A stretch of DNA of 64,000 bases from Anaerolineae bacterium (GTDB taxonomy: Bacteria > Chloroflexota > Anaerolineae > S140-20): assembly GCA_027021705.1 (NCBI GenBank), contig JALUTT010000005.1, positions 1 to 64,000 on the forward strand. Direction: 5' to 3'. The notes beneath the pieces are model-generated. The model was not told the DNA's origin. It searched no databases and saw nothing but the letters and a program-made list of their open reading frames with translations. Both the position numbers and the translations under genes were made by a program. Positions 49,930-59,581 of this stretch are shown piece by piece (within the stretch, counting starts at the first letter, position 1; each line of letters begins with the position of its first letter).

Positions 49930-51129
49930 ATGAAAGCGCTGCTGCGACTGGTTCTGGCACTGATCACGCTGTGGGCATTGTCCACGGTGACCCAGGCCCA
50001 GGAGCCCGAACGCCAAGCCGTCGTCTACTACAACGAAGCCTGCGACGAGTGTGCCACCTACGTCGAGGGCGAGCTGGCGGAGATCATGGCCGCCTACCAG
50101 ATCCGCCTGGTGAAGAAGGACTACATCAACCGGCGGGAGCACCGGCGGGAACTGAACGAGCTGAACGACCGGCTGGGCGTGCCCCTGGACCTGCAGAGCC
50201 ACCTGGCCACCTACATTGACGACGGGCGCATCATCCTGCAGGGCGAGCCGCCCCGGCACGTGGTGGAGGCCCTCCTGGCACCGACGGCCAAATTGCCGGA
50301 GCGGATCCTGGTCTACGCCGAGGAGGGGAAACAGGAGAGCTATCGGGTGTGGGCCTTCGCCGGCCCCGTGAAAGACTACCCCGCCGACACACCCATCGAG
50401 ACCTACCTGACCTGGTTCGAGGCCAATCGCGACACCTTCGCGGAGAGCAAGGAGCCGGCCCCCCTGCTGCTCCCGGTGGTCCTGCTCACCGGCCTGGTGG
50501 ATGGGATCAACCCCTGCGCCCTCGCCATCCTGCTCTTCTTCGTCTCCTTCCTGTTCACCATCCGCAAGACGCGGGTCTCGGTGGCTCAGATGGGAGCCGT
50601 CTACATCGGCGCAGTCTACGTGGTCTACTTCCTCATCGGGCTGGGGCTGCTGCGGGCTTCGACCCTGCTGCGGGGACACTGGCTGGGCCAGGCCGGGGCA
50701 GCCCTGCTCGTCCTGTTGGGCCTGACCAACCTGCTGGGCGCCCTCTTCCCCAACTTCCCCATCCGCCTGGAGGTGCCCGAGGGGAGCAAGGAATCGCTGC
50801 AGAAGTGGATGTACCGGGCCACCCTCCCCACCACCCTGATCCTGGGCACCCTGGTGGGGCTGCACACCTTCCCCTGCTCCGGCGGCCCCTACGTGGCGGT
50901 GCTGGGGCTGCTGGCCAGCCAGACCGGCTTCTGGGAGGGGATCGCCTACCTGGTGCTCTACAACCTGATGTTCGTCCTCCCCCTCGTCGTTGTGCTCATC
51001 CTCTCGCTGGACCCGGTGCTGGGCGGCAAGATCCGGGCCTGGGAGCGCTCCTCGTCGCGCACGGTGCGGGGGGTGACCGGCGGGGTAATGGCCGCTCTCG
51101 GCCTTGGCCTGCTGATCTGGGTGCTGTAA
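49930..51129 (+). CDS. Exported thioredoxin-like domain fused to CcdA/DsbD-beta-like membrane domain
   Basis: Signal peptide and CDEC; TM domain with GLVDGINPCA and FPCSGGPY...YLVLYNLMFVLPL. Confidence 0.82.
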   Translation: MKALLRLVLALITLWALSTVTQAQEPERQAVVYYNEACDECATYVEGELAEIMAAYQIRLVKKDYINRREHRRELNELNDRLGVPLDLQSHLATYIDDGRIILQGEPPRHVVEALLAPTAKLPERILVYAEEGKQESYRVWAFAGPVKDYPADTPIETYLTWFEANRDTFAESKEPAPLLLPVVLLTGLVDGINPCALAILLFFVSFLFTIRKTRVSVAQMGAVYIGAVYVVYFLIGLGLLRASTLLRGHWLGQAGAALLVLLGLTNLLGALFPNFPIRLEVPEGSKESLQKWMYRATLPTTLILGTLVGLHTFPCSGGPYVAVLGLLASQTGFWEGIAYLVLYNLMFVLPLVVVLILSLDPVLGGKIRAWERSSSRTVRGVTGGVMAALGLGLLIWVL

Positions 51130-51177
51130 AAGCGAAGTGCTGGAAGTCACCGTAAGTCAAGTCAAGGAGGAAACGAA

Positions 51178-51897
51178 GTGGCAGCACGGAAGAAGCGACG
51201 GAAGCGAGCCCGAAGGCTCCAATCCCGGGCGCGTCCCCGGCCCACGCGGGGCCGCACCTGGCTGCGGGGGCACGGATGGCTCATCGGCCTGATCGCCCTG
51301 CTGCTGGTGGGCGGCATCGGTGCAGTCTTCCTGATCCAGCGGGGAACCGAGGACACCCCGCCGAGTGAGGAAGTGAGCCTGGACAAGAGCAAGGGGGCCG
51401 CCGATGCCCCGGTGGTGGTGGTGGAGTACGGGGATTTCCAGTGACCTTACTGCCGGCTTTTCGCCACCGGCGCGGAGCGTCGGCTCGAGGAGGAGTTCGT
51501 CAGCCAGGGTAAAGTGCGCTTCGTCTTCCGCCATTTCGCCTTCATCGGCGACGAATCCCGTTGGGCGGCAGAAGCTTCGGAGTGCGCCAACGAACAGGGC
51601 CGTTTCTGGGACTACTACGACAAGCTTTTTGAAGAGCAATCTGGTGAGAACGTCGGCACCTTCGGCAAGGAGAACCTGAAGCGCTTTGCCGCCGAGTTGG
51701 GCCTGGATACCGAGCGGTTCAACCAATGCCTCGATTCAGGCCGCTATCAGACGAAGGTGCAACAGGAGCTGATCGAGGGCCGCCAGAAGGGTGTTCGCGG
51801 CACCCCGACCCTCTTCGTCAACGGACAGCTCATCGAGCGTGGCGGGGACTACCAGGTGCTCCGGGCAGCTATTCTGGCTGCGCTGGGCGATCGGTAG
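51178..51897 (+). CDS. Membrane-anchored DsbA-like putative selenoprotein (U89, UPYC; TGA at 51442..51444)
   Basis: KGAADAPVVVVEYGDFQ-TGA-PYCRLF...AAEASECANEQGRFWDYYDKLF...GVRGTPTLFVNG in one frame; AGGAGG RBS before the GTG. Confidence 0.9.
51467..51483 (+). promoter_or_regulatory. Candidate SECIS hairpin (DsbA-like gene)
   Basis: CCGGCGC-GGA-GCGTCGG, a 7-bp stem with one G-U pair; the G-led loop starts 30 nt after the TGA. Confidence 0.5.
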
Positions 51898-52109
51898 GTT
51901 CCTGCAGGAGGCTGCGGGAACCCTTTCCTCCCTTCCAGCGTCTAGGGAACAGACGCCCAAGTCTGCTCCGGGTGACGCCTATTCGTGCCCCATTCGCGGA
52001 GGGCCCATCTTCCTACCTTGTTGGCGCAGCCGGCGAAACAGGGGTACCATCGGGTCGTCACCCGCAGATGGATCACCCGGATGCTGGATGTGCAAGGAGG
52101 GAAGTCCCG

Positions 52110-55100
52110 ATGACGACGCAACGGTCTCGCCGCTGGATCGCTCTGGGAGGCCTGGTCACCATCGCCCTGATCGCGATGGTCGCCGGCCTGGCTCGGCGGG
52201 GGCAACCGTCTGCCTCCCCTACCCCCTCTTCGGTTCCCATCGTCCTCCAGACGGCCACGCCTCGTCCATCACCCACGCCGCTGCCCACGCCCCCGCCGGT
52301 GGGCTACACCCCTGTCCCGCCGGACACGGTGCCGGCCCTCGTCATCCAGCGCAGCCCCGAGGCGGGCCGAGAACTCCCCCTCGACGGCACCATTGAGCTG
52401 GTCTTCGACCGCCCGATGGATCCGCAGACCGTCGAGGCGGCCCTCCGGTTCTACCCGCCTGTGGAGGGCACCCTCCGGTGGGTGGATCGGCGCACCCTCC
52501 GCTTCCGGCCCAGCACCCCCCTGCAGCGGGGAGCGGTCTACGATCTGGTGCTGACCCAGGCCGCCCGCGCCGCCGACGGCGCTCCCCTCAACCAGGCCTA
52601 TCGCTTCCGCTTCCAGACTGTGGGCTTCTTGGAGGTCGCCCAGGTGGTCCCCGCCGACGGCACCCAGGAGGTGGACCCCGCCAGCGCCACCATCACCGTC
52701 CTCTTCAACCGGCCCGTCGTGCCCCTGAAGGCGCTGGAGGAGCAGGGGGACCTCCCCCAGCCCCTCACCCTTTGCACCGGCGACCCCTGCACCCCCGTCC
52801 CCGGCCACGGGGAGTGGGTGAACACGTCCATCTACCGCTTCGTGCCCGAGGGACCGCTGGCCGGCGGCACCGTCTACACCGCCCGCATCGCCGCCGGCCT
52901 GACCGACACCACCGGCGGCCTCCTGGCCGAGGACTTTGTCTGGCACTTCGCCACGGCCGCCCCCCAGGTCGTCCAGGTCTCCCCCGCCGACGAGTCCGCC
53001 CTGGTCCCGGTGGACCGCCCCATCATCGTCCGCTTCAACCAGCCGGTGGACCCGGCCTCGGCCCAGGCCGCCTTCCGCATCAGCCCGGCCGTCGTCGGCA
53101 CCTTCCAGGTGCTGACCGACACGCTGACCTTCACGCCCACCCAGCCGATGGCCTTCGACACCACCTACCAGGTGACGGTCGAGGCCGGCGTCACCAGCGC
53201 GGCCGGCGGCCGGGGGATGGCTGCGCCCTACCGCTGGCGCTTCAGGACGGTCCCCTTGCCGCGCATCCTCGACACCAAGCCCCGCGACGGCGAGGAGGCT
53301 GCCGACCCCTACGCCCCCTTCCAGATCCGCTTCAACGCGCCCATTGACCCGGCCACCGTGATGCCCAACCTCACGGTGACACCTCCTCTCTCGCCCACCC
53401 AGGTCTACACCTACTTCAACCCCTCGGACAACACCTTCGTCCTCTACTTCGGGGCGGAGCCCTCCACCGACTACGAGGTGCGCATCGGCCCCCACATCGC
53501 CGACCCTTACGGCAACGAGACGGGCCAGTCCCTCACCGTCCGCTTCCGCACCGCCCCCCTGGAGCCCGAGGTCCGCCTCTTCACCCCCGGCGTGGGCACC
53601 TACAGCGCCTACCGACCGGCCCGCCTCTACATCCAGGCGCTCAACGTCTCCCGCCTGGAGGCCCGTCTCTACCGCCTGGACCTCGACCGGATGATCCCTT
53701 CCCTGTCGAAGGGGTGGTACGACTTCACCCCGCCCGATTCCGCCCTCCTGCGCCGGTGGTCCCAGCCCGTCGAGGCCCCCCAGAACAAGGCGGTCTTCCA
53801 GCGGCTGGACCTGAGCGAGGATGGGGGGCCGCTGCCTGCCGGCCTCTACTGGTTGGAGGTGTCGGCGCCGGAACTCCCGCCCGACCGCTGGCGACGGGTG
53901 CGGCTCCTGCTCGTCGTCACGCCCGTCAATCTGACCCTCAAGGCGAGCCCCCGTGAGGTCCTCGTCTGGGCCACGGACCTGGCCACCGGCGAGCCCGTCG
54001 CCGGGCTTCCCCTCACCCTCTACGGACGCGAAGGGGAGGTCATCGCCCAGGCCACGACCGACGGGCAGGGGCTGGCCACCATCGCCCGGCCTGCCCGGAC
54101 GGAGGGCTACGGCCTGTGGGTGGTGAGCCGCGAGCCCTTCAGCGCCGCCAGCACCGACTGGGGCATGGGCATCAGCCCCTGGGACTTCGGGCTGGAGCCG
54201 GGGTACGGGATGGCGGCCTACCGCGTCTACGTCTACACCGACCGTCCCATCTACCGACCCGACCAGACTGTCCACTTCCGGGGCATCGTCCGGGCCGAGG
54301 AGGACGTCCGCTACAGCCTCCCCGCCGGCCTGCGGCAGGTCCACGTGACCGTGCGAGATGCCGCCTACGAGGTGGTCTACGAGGAGACGCTTCCCCTCAG
54401 CGAATTCGGCACCTTCCACGGTGAGGTGGCGCTCTCCCCCACGGCCGCCCTAGGCCAGTACATCATCGAGGTCACCTTCCAGGACCAGGGGTACAGCACC
54501 AGCTTCCTGGTGGCCGCCTACCGCCCACCCCAGTTCGAGGTGACGGTCACGCCCGATGCCCCGGAGATCGTCCAAGGTCAGGGAACTTCGGTGACGGTGG
54601 AGGCCCGCTACTTCTTCGGCGCTCCCCTGACCAACGCCCCTGTGGAGTGGAACCTGCTGGCCGAGACCTACCGCTTCCAGCCCCCTTGGGGCGGACGCTA
54701 CCGCTTCAGCGACCCCGACGATCCGTGGGTCTGCTTCGACTGCTGGTGGTGGCGGGAGCCCCCGGTGCCGGAACCGATCCTCAGCGGTCAGGGCCGGACC
54801 GACGCCCAGGGCCGGCTGGTCATCACCCTGCCGGAGGCGCTCCAGTGGCCCGACGGCCGGCCCATCACCACCAGCGTCCGCCTCACCCTGGAGGCCACCG
54901 TCACCGGCCCCGACAACCAGGTGATCGCCGGCCGGGGGGAGATCATCCGTCACCAGGGCCGCTTCTACATCGGCCTGGCCCCCCGCCGGTACGTGGGCGA
55001 GGCCGGCCGGGAGATGAGCGTGGACCTGGTGGCGGTGGACTGGGAGGGGAACCGACTGCCCGGCCAGGAGATCGTCGTCCAGGTCTCCCGGTGCGAGTGG

Positions 55101-58100
55101 ATCAACACCTTTGTCGAGGAGCCGGGAGGTGGGCACTGGGAGTGGGAGACCCGGGAGACGCCCATCACCACGGTCACCGTCACCACCGACGGACGGGGGG
55201 AGGCCGTCGTCAACTTCACGCCCCCGGAGGGAGGCTCCTACCACGTCGTGGCCCTGGGGAAGGACGAGGGAGGGCGCACCGTCCGATCCGGCCTCTTCCT
55301 CTGGGTCAGCGGACCGGGCTACGTCTCCTGGCGGCGGGAGAACCACGACCGCATCACGCTGATCACGGACAAGAGCAGCTACCGGCCCGGCGAGACGGCC
55401 GAGATCCTGATCCCCTCCCCCTTCCAGGGGCCGCACTGGGCGCTGGTGACGGTTGAGCGGGGCACCCTCCGCCGCTACGAACTGGTCCGTATGGAGAGCA
55501 ACAGCCAGGTCTACCGGCTGCCCCTCACCGCCGAGGACGTGCCCAACGTCTACGTCTCCGTCGTGCTGGTCCAGGGGGAGGAGGCCACCGGACGGGCGGC
55601 CGACTACAAGGTGGGCTACGTGCCCTTGACCGTGGAGCCGGTGCCTCAGACCCTGCGGATCACGCTGACCCCCGACCGGGAACAGGCCGGGCCGGGGGAG
55701 GCGGTGCGCTACCGGGTTCGGGTGACGGACGCCGAGGGGGAGCCGGTCCGGGCGGAGCTCTCGCTGGACCTGGTGGACAAGGCGGTGCTGAGCCTCCAGC
55801 CCCGCGAGCCGGAGGCCATCGTTCAAGCCTTCTACGGCCGGCGTCCCCTGGCGGTGCAGACGGCCAGCGGCCTGGCCCTCGCCCTCAACCGGATGGTGCC
55901 CCAGGAGGTCGAGGAGCAGGTACGAGAGGTCAAGACGGTCGCCCAGGAGGAGGTCCTCCCGGCGGCCCCGGCTCCTACCGAAGGGCCGATGGAGAGGCCG
56001 GGGGCGGTCGAGAAGATGGCGGAAGCCGAGACCTTGGCCGCTGCACCACCGCCGGAGGTGAACGTCCGCCAGGAGTTCGCCGACACCGCCTTCTGGCAGC
56101 CCGACCTGGTGACCGACGAGCGGGGAGAGGCGGAGGTGACGGTGACGCTGCCCGACAACCTGACCACCTGGGTGATGCGGGGTGTTGGCCTGACGGCGGA
56201 GACCCAGGTGGGCGAGGCGACGGTGGAAGTGGTGGCGACGAAGCCGCTCCTGATCCAGCCGATCACGCCCCGCTTCTTCGTCGTCGGCGACCGGGTGGCC
56301 CTGGCCGCCACCGTTCACAACAACACGGACCAGACCCAGGAGGCGACGGTCACCCTCTACGGCAGCGGCGTCACGCTGGACACGGAGCGCACCCCCGGCC
56401 CGGAGCAGCGGGTGACGCTGCCGGCCGGCGGCGAGGCCAAGGTGACCTGGTGGGTGACGGTGGAAGATGCCCTCTACGCCGACCTCACCTTCGTCGTCCG
56501 GGGGGATGGCTACGAGGATGCCAGCAAGCCCCGGCTGGCGACCGGCCCCGACCAGACGCTGCCCATCTACCGCTACAGCGTGCCCGAGGTGGTGGCGACG
56601 GGTGGGCAACTGGAGGCGGCCGGCTCCCGCACCGAGGTGATCGCCCTCCCCCCACGATACAACGACCGCCAGGGGGAGCTGACGATCCGCCTGGACCCCT
56701 CACTGGCGGCGGCGACACGGGAGGGGCTGCGCTACCTGGAGCGCTTCCCCTACGAGTGCACCGAGCAGATCGTCTCCCGCTTCCTGCCCAACGTCCTGAC
56801 CTACCGGACGCTGCGGAAGCTGGGGATCGCCGATCCTGAGCTGGAGGCCCGGCTGCCCGCCCTGGTCGAGGAGGGGCTGGAGAAGCTCTATCGGCGGCAG
56901 AACGAGGATGGGGGCTGGGGCTGGTGGCCCGACGACGAAAGCAACCCCACCCTCTCCGCCTACGTCCTCTTCGGGCTGCTCCAGGCCCAGGAGGCCGGCT
57001 TCCCCGTCCGGGACGACGTGCTGGAGCGGGGGCTCACCTACTTGGAGGCGCAGGTGGAGCCGGCCCGCCGGCTGGAGGCGAGCGCCCAGGCCAACCGGCA
57101 GGCTTTCTTCCTCTTCGTCCTGGCCGAGGCGGGCCGGCCCGACGAGGCGGCGATGGATGCCCTCTTCCGGCGGCGGGAGATGCTGGGCCTCTACGCCCGC
57201 GCCTACCTGGCGATGGGGCTGGGCCGGGCGGCGGGGGCCGAGGACCCGCGCGTCACCACCCTCCTCTCCGACCTGAACAACGCCGTCATCCTCAGCGCCA
57301 CGGGAGCCCACTGGGAGGAGCGGGAGGTGGACTGGTGGGCGATGAACACCGACACCCGCTCGACGGCGATCATCCTGGAGGCGCTGGTGCGGCTGGACCC
57401 GGAGAACGGGCTGCTGCCCAACGTCGTCCGCTGGCTGATGGTGGCCCGGCGGGATGGGCACTGGGAGACGACCCAGGAGACGGCCTGGGCGCTCATCGCG
57501 CTGACCGACTGGATGGCGCGGACAGGAGAGTTGGAAGGGGCTTACGACTATGCCCTCTGGCTGAACGATGAGGAGCTGGCGACAGGGACGGTGACCCCGG
57601 CAACGGTGGACGAGCCGGTGACGTTGCAGGTGGCGGTGGCCGATCTGCTGCGGGATGTGGGGAACCGGCTGACGGTGGCCCGGAGCGAGGGGCCGGGCCG
57701 GCTCTACTACACGGCGCACCTGCGGGTCTTCCTCCCCGTCGAGGAGGTGGAGCCACTGGACCGGGGGATCATCGTCCGTCGGCGCTACACCCTGGCCGAC
57801 TGCGAGGAAGGCCCCGCCTGTCCCGACGTGCGGGAGGTGCGGGTGGGCGATGTGATCCGGGTGGACCTGACCATTATCGCGCCCAACGACCTCTACTACG
57901 TCGTCGTCGAGGACCCGCTGCCGGCGGGGGCGGAGGCGATTGACACGGGGCTGGCGACGACGAGCCTGCTGGAGGGCGGGCCGGCCCTGCGCCGTCGGAC
58001 GGAGCGGGGGGCGTGGTGGGAGTCCTTCTACGCCTGGTGGTGGCGCTGGTACAGCCGGAGCGAGCTGCGGGACGAGAAGGTGGTGCTCTTCGCCGACTAC

Positions 58101-58259
58101 CTGCCCCGGGGCACCTACGAGTACAGCTACACGATGCGGGCGGTGCAGCCGGGCGAGTACCGGGTCATCCCACCCACGGCGAGGGAATTCTACTTCCCGG
58201 AGGTGCAGGGGCGGGGAGCGGGCCGGTTGTTGACGGTGACCGAACCCTTGAATCACTGA
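52110..58259 (+). CDS. Bacterial alpha-2-macroglobulin family protein with Ig-like repeats (second copy)
   Basis: ATG at 52110 follows AAGGAGG; TM and Pro/Thr linker; four Ig-like repeats; YTDRPIYRP, LPDNLTTW, thioester ECTEQ (56757..56768) and DGGWGWW. Confidence 0.92.
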   Translation: MTTQRSRRWIALGGLVTIALIAMVAGLARRGQPSASPTPSSVPIVLQTATPRPSPTPLPTPPPVGYTPVPPDTVPALVIQRSPEAGRELPLDGTIELVFDRPMDPQTVEAALRFYPPVEGTLRWVDRRTLRFRPSTPLQRGAVYDLVLTQAARAADGAPLNQAYRFRFQTVGFLEVAQVVPADGTQEVDPASATITVLFNRPVVPLKALEEQGDLPQPLTLCTGDPCTPVPGHGEWVNTSIYRFVPEGPLAGGTVYTARIAAGLTDTTGGLLAEDFVWHFATAAPQVVQVSPADESALVPVDRPIIVRFNQPVDPASAQAAFRISPAVVGTFQVLTDTLTFTPTQPMAFDTTYQVTVEAGVTSAAGGRGMAAPYRWRFRTVPLPRILDTKPRDGEEAADPYAPFQIRFNAPIDPATVMPNLTVTPPLSPTQVYTYFNPSDNTFVLYFGAEPSTDYEVRIGPHIADPYGNETGQSLTVRFRTAPLEPEVRLFTPGVGTYSAYRPARLYIQALNVSRLEARLYRLDLDRMIPSLSKGWYDFTPPDSALLRRWSQPVEAPQNKAVFQRLDLSEDGGPLPAGLYWLEVSAPELPPDRWRRVRLLLVVTPVNLTLKASPREVLVWATDLATGEPVAGLPLTLYGREGEVIAQATTDGQGLATIARPARTEGYGLWVVSREPFSAASTDWGMGISPWDFGLEPGYGMAAYRVYVYTDRPIYRPDQTVHFRGIVRAEEDVRYSLPAGLRQVHVTVRDAAYEVVYEETLPLSEFGTFHGEVALSPTAALGQYIIEVTFQDQGYSTSFLVAAYRPPQFEVTVTPDAPEIVQGQGTSVTVEARYFFGAPLTNAPVEWNLLAETYRFQPPWGGRYRFSDPDDPWVCFDCWWWREPPVPEPILSGQGRTDAQGRLVITLPEALQWPDGRPITTSVRLTLEATVTGPDNQVIAGRGEIIRHQGRFYIGLAPRRYVGEAGREMSVDLVAVDWEGNRLPGQEIVVQVSRCEWINTFVEEPGGGHWEWETRETPITTVTVTTDGRGEAVVNFTPPEGGSYHVVALGKDEGGRTVRSGLFLWVSGPGYVSWRRENHDRITLITDKSSYRPGETAEILIPSPFQGPHWALVTVERGTLRRYELVRMESNSQVYRLPLTAEDVPNVYVSVVLVQGEEATGRAADYKVGYVPLTVEPVPQTLRITLTPDREQAGPGEAVRYRVRVTDAEGEPVRAELSLDLVDKAVLSLQPREPEAIVQAFYGRRPLAVQTASGLALALNRMVPQEVEEQVREVKTVAQEEVLPAAPAPTEGPMERPGAVEKMAEAETLAAAPPPEVNVRQEFADTAFWQPDLVTDERGEAEVTVTLPDNLTTWVMRGVGLTAETQVGEATVEVVATKPLLIQPITPRFFVVGDRVALAATVHNNTDQTQEATVTLYGSGVTLDTERTPGPEQRVTLPAGGEAKVTWWVTVEDALYADLTFVVRGDGYEDASKPRLATGPDQTLPIYRYSVPEVVATGGQLEAAGSRTEVIALPPRYNDRQGELTIRLDPSLAAATREGLRYLERFPYECTEQIVSRFLPNVLTYRTLRKLGIADPELEARLPALVEEGLEKLYRRQNEDGGWGWWPDDESNPTLSAYVLFGLLQAQEAGFPVRDDVLERGLTYLEAQVEPARRLEASAQANRQAFFLFVLAEAGRPDEAAMDALFRRREMLGLYARAYLAMGLGRAAGAEDPRVTTLLSDLNNAVILSATGAHWEEREVDWWAMNTDTRSTAIILEALVRLDPENGLLPNVVRWLMVARRDGHWETTQETAWALIALTDWMARTGELEGAYDYALWLNDEELATGTVTPATVDEPVTLQVAVADLLRDVGNRLTVARSEGPGRLYYTAHLRVFLPVEEVEPLDRGIIVRRRYTLADCEEGPACPDVREVRVGDVIRVDLTIIAPNDLYYVVVEDPLPAGAEAIDTGLATTSLLEGGPALRRRTERGAWWESFYAWWWRWYSRSELRDEKVVLFADYLPRGTYEYSYTMRAVQPGEYRVIPPTAREFYFPEVQGRGAGRLLTVTEPLNH

Positions 58260-58306
58260 ATCACTGAGGATGATGAAGCCACTGAGTTGCGAGAGGCCGG
58301 GCCGCC

Positions 58307-58601
58307 AATCCGTTGATAGCCGTCCGCGCCGGTGAAGGTAGCCCGGGAGTATCACGAAGGGCACGACGGACACAAAGGGGAATCCGTTCAATCCGCTCCC
58401 CTAATCCGTTGACAGCCGTCCGCTTTGGAACGGATGGCTGTCAACGGATTTGAGAACGGATTGAGCGGATGGGAGGCACAGTCCTCGGTCCTCAGTCCTC
58501 AGTCCGCCGCCAAGCCGCCAGCCGCTATGCCGCTAGGCCGCTAAGCCGCCCTGGAACGGATCGCTGTCAACGGATTTGAGAACGGATTGAGCGGATGGGA
58601 G
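58307..58601. repeat. Composite repeat cluster (ACGGAT palindrome family plus 7- and 8-mer tandems)
   Basis: 50-bp direct repeats at 58426..58475 and 58552..58601 (1 mismatch); inverted copy at 58381..58422; partial copy at 58307..58326. Confidence 0.85.
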
Positions 58602-58749
58602 ATGGGCACTCCCCCTCGCCTCGCCGAACCTCGCGCCGCGCATTGGGCCGGCGGTGGTTCCGCCGGCGGGTTTGGCTCCATCTCGCACCGCCCGAGGCTG
58701 AGGCCGTCGGGCTGAGAAGGGGAAAGCCCTGCGGGCTGACCGCACCAGG

Positions 58750-58909
58750 GTGACTGTTCCAAGTTCGGTGACATTCCCTAGATCACCCCACTGGGGTAGC
58801 GAAAACGGGGTCGGAAGGCGGTGCTCGCCCCACATACGGGCTGTGGAGGGGGAGAACATCAGGTCTGTGCCCCACCACTTGGGATTTTCACCAGTTGTGG
58901 AACAGTCAC
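58750..58909. mobile_element. 160-bp MITE-like element
   Basis: TIRs GTGACTGTTCCAAGTTCGGTGA / TCACCAGTTGTGGAACAGTCAC (outer 12 bp perfect, 17/22 overall); no recognisable gene inside. Confidence 0.75.
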
Positions 58910-58924
58910 GGGCGTTAGGAGGAG

Positions 58925-58952
58925 TTGACACGGGCGGCAAAACCGCTAAACT
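58925..58952 (+). promoter_or_regulatory. Putative sigma70 promoter
   Basis: TTGACA-16 nt-TAAACT. Confidence 0.55.
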
Positions 58953-59058
58953 ATCTGTGGCGAGGCGACGAGGGGCCAAGGCGACGAGGTCTGCATTTCT
59001 GCTCCCCGCCTCGCGATCACCCGTTCCCGTCCACAGGCACAAGCAAAAGGAGGAAACG

Positions 59059-59379
59059 ATGGCTCCCACAACCGTCCAGGAAGCGTTGAACCGCCTCACC
59101 GAGCTGGACCCGGCGAAGATCAAGGAGATCAACGGCGTCATCCTCTTCGACCTGACCGGGGAGGGCGGCGGCCAGTGGACGTTGACGCTGGCCGAGGGGA
59201 AGGCGACGCTGGAGCCCGGCAGCCCTTCCTCGCCCACCGTGACCCTCTCAATGAGCGCTCAGGACTTCCTTGCCTTGTCCCGAGGGGAGCTGAACCCGGT
59301 CGGTGCCTTTATGCAGGGCAAGCTCAAGGTCACCGGCGATATGGGGCTGGCGATGAAGCTCCAGAATATCCTCGGGTAG
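59059..59379 (+). CDS. SCP2 sterol/lipid-binding domain protein
   Basis: FDLTGEGGGQW and LNPVGAFMQGKLKVTGDMGLAMKL; AAGGAGG RBS. Confidence 0.92.
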   Translation: MAPTTVQEALNRLTELDPAKIKEINGVILFDLTGEGGGQWTLTLAEGKATLEPGSPSSPTVTLSMSAQDFLALSRGELNPVGAFMQGKLKVTGDMGLAMKLQNILG

Positions 59380-59400
59380 CGCTCCTGCGCCGGCACCCTG

Positions 59401-59580
59401 ATGACCTACCAGGTCATCATCCTCCAGCCCGTGCGGGAGCAGCTTGATCAATTACCCCAACACGTTCGTGGCAGGACCCTCAGGGGCATCGCCGCCCTAA
59501 AGGGGAATCCACGCCTCCGTGGCCATAGACCGAAAGGCCACGAGAACGCAGATCGTATCCGAGGCAGAAAAGGGGGCTGA
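59401..59580 (+). pseudogene. Degenerate RelE/ParE-family toxin fragment
   Basis: MTYQVIILQPVREQLDQLPQHVRGRTLRGIAALKGNPRLRGHRPKGHENADRIRG follows the RelE N-terminal pattern and breaks at the RIRxG motif. It is below the ORF-track length cutoff. Confidence 0.6.
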
Positions 59581-59581
59581 G

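Noticed and set aside
58426..58601. Two 50-bp direct repeats with a spacer, as a mini CRISPR array
   Set aside because: Only two units, a 76-bp low-complexity spacer, inverted copies nearby and no cas genes; better explained as REP-like repeats.
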